This document shows, in pieces, positions 46,267-54,859 of a stretch of 54,859 nucleotides of DNA. A program made the translations under genes and the position numbers. Source of the stretch: a virus (taxonomy: Duplodnaviria > Caudoviricetes); IMG/VR virus record IMGVR_UViG_3300044971_000858, positions 1 through 54,859 of that record, one strand, 5' to 3'. The notes below the pieces were generated by a model, which was not told where the DNA came from, made no database searches, and worked only from the letters and a program-made list of their open reading frames with translations. Numbering within the stretch: position 1 is the stretch's first letter; each line of letters begins with the position of its first letter.

Positions 46267-48117
46267 TTACCAATCTCCATTATCGTCTGATCCGTAGTCA
46301 TCGTCTGGAGTGGTATCAATTGATACTTCATCCCGCGCCCAAAATCGGTTAGTTGGAACTGGTTTATCGTTTCCGATAAAAACGAGTCCATTACGTCGCG
46401 CCATTTCTAAAGCATAAACTAAACTATCACTCAAGTCAGGAGAATAACCTGTTCTACCTTTAAGTTCATCTTTAGTCTCAATTGCGATCTTTTTTGATTT
46501 GATTGTGTAGCGGCGAAGGCAAAGCTCCCTCGCTAAATCAGAGGCTGGATCAACGCCAAAAATAACGCGACTTTTGAATGCGTGATAAAGGCTATAATAG
46601 TATTCAGAAACAAGTCTATCGTAAACATCCTTACACGGGCGTTTATCAACCTCTGCCGCGATTCGGTCAGTAGGTTTACCCATAGATGAGATAAGAGCGA
46701 TTGCCGCGCCTCCAGCATCAAAGCGTAGCCACTCACGAATAATAGCCTGCCCGACTCGCCCACCATCACCGGACACGTCCATACCAAACTTAGATGGCTG
46801 AACGCCAGCAGCCCTACAGAATCCAACAACTTCAGTAGCCAGTTGTATTTCAAACTCAGCGGCAGCGTTAGCGGATAACTGGATTACCTTCTGATCTTCC
46901 AACCACATTACACGATTACGAGTTCCGCGCACATACCCCAACTTAGCAATAGTCAGAACGCACCTATCCCCACCAACTGTAAACGCGGTATCAAATCCAG
47001 CGACCTTGGTAAATCCTTCTGAATCCCATAGTGGTTCCTCGTTGGTATCAGCGTTGCGAATCAAATCAGCGGTAAGAATAGTCTGAGCAAATCCAGATTT
47101 CGGCCACCAACCAATAGCGTTACGCACATAGTCGATAGCATTCTCGTCTCCATAGCACAACTTGAGCATTTCCTGCTGCTTTTCCCGATCCATAAGGAAT
47201 GGAAATGGAGATGGTTCATTGGCAGGCGCGGCGAAGTTAGGGCTACGCATACCATTGTAAAACAAACAAACGCCAGTTTCAGTTTCCCACTTATCCATGT
47301 CTGGAGAAACAGAATCAAAGTTAGAACAACCTTTAGGCATAGCCCAACGGGTGTGTGGATTGTCACCAGCGGATGGGTTGCCGATACCTATGAATGTCTT
47401 GTCATTGTTTGATGCTAAATTTGTTCTTGCAGTAATCGCGCCCAGTTCCATTTCGGGCAACTCATCAAGTGCAAGTCGAACTCGTTCATTCTTACGACCA
47501 CGGGTGGTATCAATAGCCTTCTGACCTTCATTACCAGATTGGAAAGCGAGAGCTTTTATCGCATTACGATAATCTTTATCCTCATCGTTAGACGCGCCAC
47601 CCCAAACAATCATATGGCGATAGTCAACAAGTTTACCTATTTGAACGCGAGCGCACTTCCATAGTTTAGATATGATACCCCAGATACGATCTTCGGACGC
47701 GCCCAATGTAGTAGTAGCAACCCAAGACGAAGTGCAATGCGGGGCAGCGCACCAATCAAGGTAAATCCAAAGACCAACAGGAAACGACTTACCCATCGAA
47801 GCGGCTCCGGCTAAGCAAATGTCAGTATTGTTGCAGAGTTCTTCAAGAGTCCTCAACAATTGGGTATTGGTATAACCACGATTAACAATAGAAACTTCAG
47901 TCGGCCATTGAAGTTTGACGGCATTGATGAAGTGTTCGTGTGGTGAGAGTAACTTAAAATCAGAAAGATTTATGTTATGTCTAATGCAATAAGTTCTACC
48001 ATATTTGCCGCGAGTTATTGCATAGCAAAATAATTCAATACCAAGATCGTCCATGTTTTCTGAAAACTGCATTCCATAACGACGAATACCTTTGTTTGAA
48101 GAAAAAACTCTTGACAT
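46267..48117 (-). CDS. terL: Terminase large subunit
   Basis: GAASMGKS, LALDE, GNP, AGFDTA, SPDLSDS. Confidence 0.85.
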   Translation of the reverse strand: MSRVFSSNKGIRRYGMQFSENMDDLGIELFCYAITRGKYGRTYCIRHNINLSDFKLLSPHEHFINAVKLQWPTEVSIVNRGYTNTQLLRTLEELCNNTDICLAGAASMGKSFPVGLWIYLDWCAAPHCTSSWVATTTLGASEDRIWGIISKLWKCARVQIGKLVDYRHMIVWGGASNDEDKDYRNAIKALAFQSGNEGQKAIDTTRGRKNERVRLALDELPEMELGAITARTNLASNNDKTFIGIGNPSAGDNPHTRWAMPKGCSNFDSVSPDMDKWETETGVCLFYNGMRSPNFAAPANEPSPFPFLMDREKQQEMLKLCYGDENAIDYVRNAIGWWPKSGFAQTILTADLIRNADTNEEPLWDSEGFTKVAGFDTAFTVGGDRCVLTIAKLGYVRGTRNRVMWLEDQKVIQLSANAAAEFEIQLATEVVGFCRAAGVQPSKFGMDVSGDGGRVGQAIIREWLRFDAGGAAIALISSMGKPTDRIAAEVDKRPCKDVYDRLVSEYYYSLYHAFKSRVIFGVDPASDLARELCLRRYTIKSKKIAIETKDELKGRTGYSPDLSDSLVYALEMARRNGLVFIGNDKPVPTNRFWARDEVSIDTTPDDDYGSDDNGDW

Positions 48118-48138
48118 ATCAATAAGAAAATATATTTT
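48111..48138 (+). promoter_or_regulatory. Sigma70-like promoter for portal operon, overlapping terL start
   Basis: TTGACA-N16-TATTTT. Confidence 0.5.
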
Positions 48139-48153
48139 CCGACGAAAGGCAAG

Positions 48154-48531
48154 ATGAAACTGAAAAACAAAAACCTCGCACCAGTCGGTGGCTTTTACTG
48201 GAAGTATGAGATCAAGCGCGATAAACTCACATTTCCTGCGATTGTTTACGGAAGCACATGGAGCGGGTTGATGCAGAACATCCAGAAAGACTATCGCTCA
48301 AACGGAGTTGAGCTTCCTGCTAACATTGAGCAGATGGTCGAAGATCAAATCTGCCAACGCCAACCAAGTGATCGTTGTTGGTATAGCGATGGACTCGGAG
48401 ATAAGATTGCACAGGTTATTCACACAGTAGCCAAGACTACTGACAAAGTTTTGGGAACTAAACTTGAGCATAAAGCTCGCGGATGTTCTTCTTGCAATAA
48501 GCGCAGGAACATTTTGAATAAATTATCGTAA
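48154..48531 (+). CDS. Cys-containing phage protein
   Basis: GLGD...CSSCNKRRNILN. Confidence 0.7.
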   Translation: MKLKNKNLAPVGGFYWKYEIKRDKLTFPAIVYGSTWSGLMQNIQKDYRSNGVELPANIEQMVEDQICQRQPSDRCWYSDGLGDKIAQVIHTVAKTTDKVLGTKLEHKARGCSSCNKRRNILNKLS

Positions 48532-48539
48532 ACGATAAA

Positions 48540-49106
48540 ATGGAAACTGTTCAAAAATACAAGATGGGCGATGTCCGCGAGGACGGGATGGTATTTATTG
48601 AATACAAGTGGAAGCGCAAGAATCCAGAGTATTGGTCAACTCCAGAGCAATATGCAAAAAGACTTGAGAAGGCTAAAATCAAAAGACTTGCTTGGGTGAA
48701 GGCAAATAAAGAAAAAGATAAAGAACTTCAAAAATCTTATAGAAGTAAAAATAAAGATAAAATAAATAAATATTATAGAGATCGAAGAAAAACTGATTCG
48801 ATTTACAAGAGCAAACAAGATGTTAGAAACTTTATTGGGGCTTCATTTAAAAGAAGGAAGTTTTCCAAAAAAAATAAAACAGAAAACATTTTAGGTTGCA
48901 CATACTCTGAATTCTTTACTCACATTGAATCTCAATTCAAAGATGGGATGTCTTGGGACAATCGTTCAAAATGGGAAATTGATCACATTATTCCATTAGC
49001 AACAGCTAACACGGAAGAAGAAATTTTACGCTTGAATCATTATACCAATCTGCGACCATTGTGGATGATAGAAAACAGAACAAAAGGAAGCAAAATATTA
49101 TGTTAA
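48540..49106 (+). CDS. HNH-type homing endonuclease (paralogue of 13090-13803)
   Basis: GDVREDG...ILGC...WEIDHIIPL...LNHYTNLRPLW. Confidence 0.8.
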   Translation: METVQKYKMGDVREDGMVFIEYKWKRKNPEYWSTPEQYAKRLEKAKIKRLAWVKANKEKDKELQKSYRSKNKDKINKYYRDRRKTDSIYKSKQDVRNFIGASFKRRKFSKKNKTENILGCTYSEFFTHIESQFKDGMSWDNRSKWEIDHIIPLATANTEEEILRLNHYTNLRPLWMIENRTKGSKILC

Positions 49107-51610
49107 GTATCGGGAATGATAATTTCAGTTTAGCCACACTTGATCAAGATGGTAATCCTCCAGCCACAAGAATAAGCAATGCAAACCATTGCTGGAATAT
49201 AGCAAACCATTTAAGGTTAGCTAATATTGGTAGGGAAAATAAGAGGTTGAGAATTTACAAAGCCTATAAAAACTTCCCACCTACAGGATACAGCAAGCTC
49301 GCGGAGAAACGCCTTCCTTGGCAATCTGATGTAAACTACGGACAGCTTGGGTTCATCGTAGATAACCAGAAGTCCAGCTACTACGATGTAATTACGGAGC
49401 GTCAGGCTTGTTGCACAATCAAGACCAAATATGGAAACGAAAAAGAACGACTCGTTAACTCCGAAAACATTTCCATCGCATTCGATCAAGCAATCCGCGA
49501 ATGGCCCGGATACCTCTACAATACAGAGCAAGACCTTGAGGAAATGTTGTTGTATGGAAAAGGAATCGGAATGTGGGACTCGCCTATGGGATGGATGCCG
49601 GAACACGTATTCCTATCCGACCTTCTCTTTCCAGACGACATTAGGATCGACTTCTGCAACCTTGAGGAATTTGTTCGCCGTGTCCGTTTGACACCATACG
49701 AACTCTACAAGAAGATTGAGAATCGTGCGGCGGCAGAAGCAATGGGCTGGAATGTGGATGCAGCAATTGACGCTATCCGATTCCACCGTGCATTCAGCAA
49801 CCACCGCAAGACCCGCGAAGACTTCTTTCGCACGATCAGCGAGGCAGGATTCAACTGGTCATTGTCCGTAAACCAAAAGATCGACCTATACGAAGTATAC
49901 TGGAGGGAGTTTGACGGCAAGATCAGTAAGGCAATCATACTCCAAGACTACCAACCAATCTCCGACTACATTAACTCCAATATCAAAGGAGCAGGCAAGA
50001 TCAGCGAAGATGACATCAGAACTCAACATGGGTTTATGATGCTTAAGGTAGGACTCTTTAACTCATGGGATGAGATCATGTATATGCTCACCGATTCGGT
50101 GGGAAGCGGACTCTTTCAAGACATCAAGAGCCAAGCGGAATCGGCGTTCGTCGCCTGCCGCCAGTATGACTTCACAATGAACTCGCTGGTTGATGCCGTG
50201 CGCCTCAACTCTATGCTGATGATCGAAGGTCAAGGCCCAGACGCAACCAAGATGTTGAAGCAGATGGAATGGTTGCCAATCAGCGTGATGCCAGATGGAG
50301 CGAAGTTCATTCAGAACCGCTTCCAACTCCCAGTAGCAGAGAGCATGAGCTTCATGCAGTTTTTCATGGGAGATATGTATAGGGGCATGGGTCAGTATCG
50401 CATCAACGCACCTACCGCTGGAGGCAAACAACGCACGAAAGGTGAAGCAGAATTGGATGCCGCTGAGTCTGCTAAACTATCTGGGACTCAGATTCGTCGA
50501 TTCAACGAGTGTCAAACTCTCTACTTCAAGCAACTCTACAAACGCTTCGTAAACGCAAAGTCCAGCGATGATGGATACGAGTATGTTAAGAAGTTCTATG
50601 AGGTTCTGGAAGAACTCGGAACTCCTAAGGAAGCTGCTGCTTGGAAGAATGTCACCAGCATCCGTTCCAACCTCATCAATGGCGCAGGTAGCCCATCGTT
50701 CAAGCTCATCACAGCAGAGAAGTTGCTGAACATCACGGCAATCACTCCAGCCAACGAAGGACAAGAGAACGCAGTTAAGGACGCAATTGCGGCACTCTCT
50801 GGACGAGACAACGTAGCTCGTTACCGGAATACTAAAGTCAGCAAGATTGACGATACTGCCCGTATCATTGGATTTGAGAATGCTGGTATGACTGATGCGT
50901 TCGTCAACCCTGCAAACTTCCCTGTGCTGCCAACCGATCCGCACATCGAACACGCGCAAGGTCACTTCCAAGATTTGGTCATGCAGTTGCAGATGAATAT
51001 GCAGTCCGTGCAGCAAGGCCAACCAGAGTTTGCTGAAATCTCGAAAGCGGTTCGTGCAATCAAATTCAAGGGTGGTCACATCATGGCGCACGTTGAGTAT
51101 ATCAGCAAAGACCAATCCAAGCAGGACTTCTTGAAACAATTCATGCAGGGAATGAACGAGGCTCAGAAGATGGCCGACGAACTTCAGCAAGTTTACGTCC
51201 AGATGGCAGAAGCCGAAGCTCAGAAATCTGGTCAGCCAAACTCCGAGGAAGACATCAAACTTCAATACCTCGCCGCTAAGTCTGGCATCGAAATCGACAC
51301 CAAGAAGAAACTCGCCGACATCTCAATTGGAAAGGCTTCTATCAGTCACGCTCAACGCACAGAGCAGCGCAAAGAACAAGGCATCACTCAACTCGCGCTT
51401 CAGAAAGCAAAGGCTCGCGCCGAGATTCAGAAGGAGAAAGCAAAGCAAGCAGCAATGCAAAGCAAGCAAGCTCCAGAGATGGAACAGCCAGAAATGGAAG
51501 AAGAGGAGCCAGAGGAAATGGAGGAAGAAGAAACCGAAGAGGTTGAGACTCCAGAAGGAACTGAAGAAGTTGAGATGGAGAATAATATCACACCAATGAC
51601 ACCACAATGA
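49100..51610 (+). CDS. Portal protein
   Basis: 836 aa before scaffold/MCP; YGKGI; RTKGEA; Gln-rich barrel and acidic tail. Confidence 0.75.
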   Translation: MLSIGNDNFSLATLDQDGNPPATRISNANHCWNIANHLRLANIGRENKRLRIYKAYKNFPPTGYSKLAEKRLPWQSDVNYGQLGFIVDNQKSSYYDVITERQACCTIKTKYGNEKERLVNSENISIAFDQAIREWPGYLYNTEQDLEEMLLYGKGIGMWDSPMGWMPEHVFLSDLLFPDDIRIDFCNLEEFVRRVRLTPYELYKKIENRAAAEAMGWNVDAAIDAIRFHRAFSNHRKTREDFFRTISEAGFNWSLSVNQKIDLYEVYWREFDGKISKAIILQDYQPISDYINSNIKGAGKISEDDIRTQHGFMMLKVGLFNSWDEIMYMLTDSVGSGLFQDIKSQAESAFVACRQYDFTMNSLVDAVRLNSMLMIEGQGPDATKMLKQMEWLPISVMPDGAKFIQNRFQLPVAESMSFMQFFMGDMYRGMGQYRINAPTAGGKQRTKGEAELDAAESAKLSGTQIRRFNECQTLYFKQLYKRFVNAKSSDDGYEYVKKFYEVLEELGTPKEAAAWKNVTSIRSNLINGAGSPSFKLITAEKLLNITAITPANEGQENAVKDAIAALSGRDNVARYRNTKVSKIDDTARIIGFENAGMTDAFVNPANFPVLPTDPHIEHAQGHFQDLVMQLQMNMQSVQQGQPEFAEISKAVRAIKFKGGHIMAHVEYISKDQSKQDFLKQFMQGMNEAQKMADELQQVYVQMAEAEAQKSGQPNSEEDIKLQYLAAKSGIEIDTKKKLADISIGKASISHAQRTEQRKEQGITQLALQKAKARAEIQKEKAKQAAMQSKQAPEMEQPEMEEEEPEEMEEEETEEVETPEGTEEVEMENNITPMTPQ

Positions 51611-51852
51611 CAACCGAAAAAATAAAATCCCTATGCGCGGCAATAACCTCACACGAAGACTGGAACAAACTACAGGCGTATTTACTACTTAATGTAAACC
51701 CACCAGAAGGAGTAACCACACTTATCCATGCAATCAAAGCTATTGATGCTATTGGAACGGAAGAGCAAGGAGCATTCAAAAAAACAAAAGCTACTGCAAA
51801 GCATAAAGAGCCTGCGGATAGCGCGGTTGATCCAGACCTCGACGAAATCTAA
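51607..51852 (+). CDS. Hypothetical protein
   Basis: 81 aa, ATGA overlap. Confidence 0.65.
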   Translation: MTTEKIKSLCAAITSHEDWNKLQAYLLLNVNPPEGVTTLIHAIKAIDAIGTEEQGAFKKTKATAKHKEPADSAVDPDLDEI

Positions 51853-51855
51853 TTT

Positions 51856-53139
51856 ATGGCAGACACAAACGACACAGCAGACGTAATCGCGGAACTGAAA
51901 TCCAAACCTCAAGTCCCGATTAAAGGTAACACATCTGACTTCCTCAAGAAGTTCAGCAAACAACAAGCCGACGAAGGTAAGCCAAGTGCAACGAATGTTG
52001 GTGATCCTAACCTTGGAATAGCAAAATACAATGAAGAAGAACCGCCAGAAGAAGTGGAGAGAATTACCGAAGCTGAAATCACATCTGACCGAACAGGAAA
52101 AAAGAAAGGTTTCGTTGAGCGACAGATCGAAGAGAACCGAAAGCTCAAAGAAGAGTTGGAAAAATACAAGAAAGATGAAATCCCCAAGTTTGAAACAAAA
52201 ATCCAAGAACTTGAGCGATTGGTATCCGAGTCAAAATCGACGGCAGAAACCAACCACTACCAAGAGCAACTCAACAAAGCCAACCAAGAGAAGCTGGAAG
52301 TTGAGCAACAACTATCAGAGCAAATCAAGGAACTCCGAGGTAAACTGGACTTCCATGACATTACAAGTAATCCAGACTTCAAAAAGAATTACCTCGATCC
52401 TATCAAAAGCACCTACGATACTGCGAGACAGTTGTTATCGAATGATCCAACGCTTCTTTCAACCTTCTCTCGTGCTGTCAATGCAAATGCCTCCATCTTC
52501 AATGCGGCATCCGAAGAGGATCGTCGAGCGGCGGAAGCCGACCGCGACCAAGCGTTCGAGGAAATCACGAACTCGCTTTCGCAATTCAAGCAGTATCAAT
52601 TCGCAGAGCAAGTCAACAGCTTCATCAAAGCAACTCAAAACCACCATTCAGCCCTCGTCAACTTTGAGGAAACCAAGCAGAACATCCTTCAAACAGCAAA
52701 ACAACGGGAGCAAGAAGGTAGGAACAAGTATCTGAATCAGTGGCGTGAAGGCTACAAGAATACTCAGCAGGAGATTGATCGGGCTACTGAAATCCCAGAT
52801 ACGATTGCTGATTACATGAAGGAGAAGGGAATCAAGTATGACATCTCCCGTGACGAGGCTATTGCTCTGGCAGCTACACAGCAGACCAACGAGCAGGCAT
52901 CAGTTGAAGACATGAACCGACTGATCCACCAAGGCCGCGCCTATCAGAAGATTCAAGCACAACTGAAAGCATACCAAGAGATGGTAAAAGAAAAAGATGA
53001 GTATATCGCGCAACTGAAAGGTTCGTCGCGCATCTCGTCATCATCAAGTGCATCGGATTCCCAGAAACCAAGAATGAGCATTACGGAAGGACTGGCTGCT
53101 AAACTTGCGAAATTCTCGCCGCAAGCACGAACAGCATAA
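51856..53139 (+). CDS. Capsid scaffolding protein candidate
   Basis: Charged coiled coil between portal and MCP. Confidence 0.7.
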   Translation: MADTNDTADVIAELKSKPQVPIKGNTSDFLKKFSKQQADEGKPSATNVGDPNLGIAKYNEEEPPEEVERITEAEITSDRTGKKKGFVERQIEENRKLKEELEKYKKDEIPKFETKIQELERLVSESKSTAETNHYQEQLNKANQEKLEVEQQLSEQIKELRGKLDFHDITSNPDFKKNYLDPIKSTYDTARQLLSNDPTLLSTFSRAVNANASIFNAASEEDRRAAEADRDQAFEEITNSLSQFKQYQFAEQVNSFIKATQNHHSALVNFEETKQNILQTAKQREQEGRNKYLNQWREGYKNTQQEIDRATEIPDTIADYMKEKGIKYDISRDEAIALAATQQTNEQASVEDMNRLIHQGRAYQKIQAQLKAYQEMVKEKDEYIAQLKGSSRISSSSSASDSQKPRMSITEGLAAKLAKFSPQARTA

Positions 53140-53169
53140 GCCTTACATTCTGAAAGTCTGGTCATAGAC

Positions 53170-53210
53170 GGGGGAGGTAGTTAGCGTTCTACCTCCCCCA
53201 ATTTTTTTTT
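53170..53210 (+). terminator. Intrinsic terminator
   Basis: GGGGAGGTAG / CTACCTCCCC followed by T9. Confidence 0.8.
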
Positions 53211-53220
53211 AAAAAAACTC

Positions 53221-53250
53221 TTGACATAGTAAATAGGTGATTGCAATGTC
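53221..53250 (+). promoter_or_regulatory. Candidate capsid-gene promoter
   Basis: TTGACA right after terminator; weak -10. Confidence 0.4.
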
Positions 53251-53487
53251 CCTCGCAACGGGATAGACGAAATTATCGGAAACGATAAAATTAGTGCGTG
53301 GGCGAACCCGGCCTTGGAGTTATAGGTCTCCAATTAAAAACTATTCCGGACTGGTCTTGCAAAAGACACCGAGGGTTGAACTCCGGCTCGAAAACAACAA
53401 GCATTCGCTTGGGGCTTTCGAGCCTTTTGCGTTTGCGAACCAAACTAAAACCAAAACCAAAAATCAAACTCAAACAAACTAAATATT

Positions 53488-54859
53488 ATGGCATCAGATC
53501 AGCTATATTTCAATTCGTGTGCTGAGATTGACAGTTTCTTCCGCGAGGGCCGCGAGTATTTCAACGACCTCTATGTGAAGAAGCTCGTCACCAACTCTGC
53601 ATATTTCACCCGTTTCGAGGAGCAAGCATGGCCCTTGAACCACACAACCGAACAGAAAGCCTTCCGCTTTGGCCGTGGATTCCACGATCCTTGCGCTCCT
53701 TTCCGTCAGATCACTGACACCTACTGCGAGACTGATTCTTGCGATAGCAAACCCGAAGTCATTCAGCGTCCCGGAACTGAGAGCTACACTTTCGAGCTTC
53801 TCCGTAAAGAGATGACCACTGACTGGATTTGCGTTGAGAGCCTTCTTTATCGCCTCTTCCCTGCTGAAGAGATTCTCCAGTTTGAAGAGTCGAATGCCCG
53901 TATCACCAAGAACGTCCACGAAGAGTTCCTTCGCAGCAACTACATCGGTGGTTCTGGACACAAATGGATGGGTGTTACCACTGATGACGGAACCTACTGC
54001 GGACTGGTCGACGACCAATCTTGGTTCGTTCCCGAACACACTCTCAACAACGAAGCTGGCTATGACCTCTGCGCTCTTCGCGTCAAGATGGCTCCCGCCG
54101 ACCTCAACAAGATCGCTTATCTCTCGCTGGATATGCTCGACGATGCTCTCGTTGACCTCCAAGACGAAGATGACGCTTTCCGCCTTGATCTTCAAGACGC
54201 GACTGGTCAGCCTCTGCTCGACATCGTTATCCCTGATCCTCAAGTTGGCCGTGCGCTTTACTTCCAAGCCAAGCGCAATAATGGCTACTGGGATGCTAAC
54301 ACGGACTTCGATGAGCGTCTCACCCGTCTGAAGCTCGGCATCAATCGTATCATCGGCGACTACGCTTTCGGTTACGACATCAACGCCGCTCGCTTCAACG
54401 CTGACACTGCCTTCAACGCAAGCCTCGCTCCATTCAATGAAGCTGACCCTGCGACATGGGCGCGTCTCGTCCGCGTTCCTCGCTACATCAAAGTGGTGAT
54501 GGAAAACGGCTGCTCGTATGTTCCTAACAAAGCCTACCGCAATGCCGACTTCGGTATCTCGGTTGCTATGGTCAACAAAGCAATGTGCAAATGGACAATG
54601 CCATCCTCGACTGGATACGGCCAAGCCCAACAGATGACCCAGAACTACGCTGGTGATTGGGAATGGAAGAACCCAGATTGGGAGTGCAACCGCTGGCGCA
54701 AATCGGGCTTCTATCAAGCCCAGTTCCGTCTCGCCGCACAGGTCAAAGACCCAACCATCATGCACTCGTTCCTGCATCGCCTGCCTAAGAGCAAGAACCT
54801 CTATGGTTCCTGCTGCCCAGTTCAGAGCTACATCGTTCCTGAGAACAATCAGGACTGCT
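53488..54859 (+). CDS. Major capsid protein (470 aa, ends at 127 after the junction)
   Basis: ATG 53488, MASDQLYFNSCAEID...; open to the window end; strong codon bias; follows scaffold. Confidence 0.8.
   Translation, partial: MASDQLYFNSCAEIDSFFREGREYFNDLYVKKLVTNSAYFTRFEEQAWPLNHTTEQKAFRFGRGFHDPCAPFRQITDTYCETDSCDSKPEVIQRPGTESYTFELLRKEMTTDWICVESLLYRLFPAEEILQFEESNARITKNVHEEFLRSNYIGGSGHKWMGVTTDDGTYCGLVDDQSWFVPEHTLNNEAGYDLCALRVKMAPADLNKIAYLSLDMLDDALVDLQDEDDAFRLDLQDATGQPLLDIVIPDPQVGRALYFQAKRNNGYWDANTDFDERLTRLKLGINRIIGDYAFGYDINAARFNADTAFNASLAPFNEADPATWARLVRVPRYIKVVMENGCSYVPNKAYRNADFGISVAMVNKAMCKWTMPSSTGYGQAQQMTQNYAGDWEWKNPDWECNRWRKSGFYQAQFRLAAQVKDPTIMHSFLHRLPKSKNLYGSCCPVQSYIVPENNQDC
54774..54859. 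repeat. 86-bp direct terminal repeat (copy 2)
   Basis: Identical to 1-86. Confidence 0.95.

Noticed and set aside
44264-47572. Palindrome variants with 1-nt (44264) and 5-nt (47556) spacers
   Set aside because: Wrong spacing; not counted among the copies
53503-54777. 424-aa - strand ORF
   Set aside because: Antisense shadow of the codon-biased capsid gene
1-54859. Stop-codon reassignment
   Set aside because: Long genes are intact in the standard code, and TAA, TGA and TAG all end genes

Overview
The window is an apparently complete, circularly assembled genome of a tailed dsDNA phage, about 54,773 bp long: bases 1-86 repeat exactly at 54774-54859. The layout is podovirus-like. A morphogenesis block runs terL (- strand), portal, scaffold, a 470-aa major capsid protein that crosses the junction and is missing from the ORF track, collagen-like fibres, a lysis cassette, a tailspike, nozzle/adaptor candidates and three internal proteins, the last of 2485 aa. 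The rest comprises a recombination operon (Cas4-like nuclease, truncated RecA, probable SSB), an SF2 helicase, small early genes, a probable terminus region near 36.1-36.9 kb, dCMP deaminase, a glycosyltransferase, a resolvase, a lambda-O-like initiator plus DnaB, and four HNH-type nucleases. I recognised no integrase, DNA polymerase, primase, CRISPR array or canonical tRNA. SD-less A/C-rich leaders suggest a Verrucomicrobiota- or Bacteroidota-like host (weak inference). The strongest unexplained signal is a genome-wide palindrome, TATCG-KWWM-CGATA, with at least 21 exact copies both between genes and inside genes in different frames. Other leads are a catalytically dead mini-RecA, several candidate structured ncRNAs (an anti-AUG sRNA, two kissing-loop attenuators, tRNA-like scaffolds with variable inserts) and a one-strand TGTGGAGGG cluster. 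All calls come from reading motifs by eye; no database search or folding program was run.
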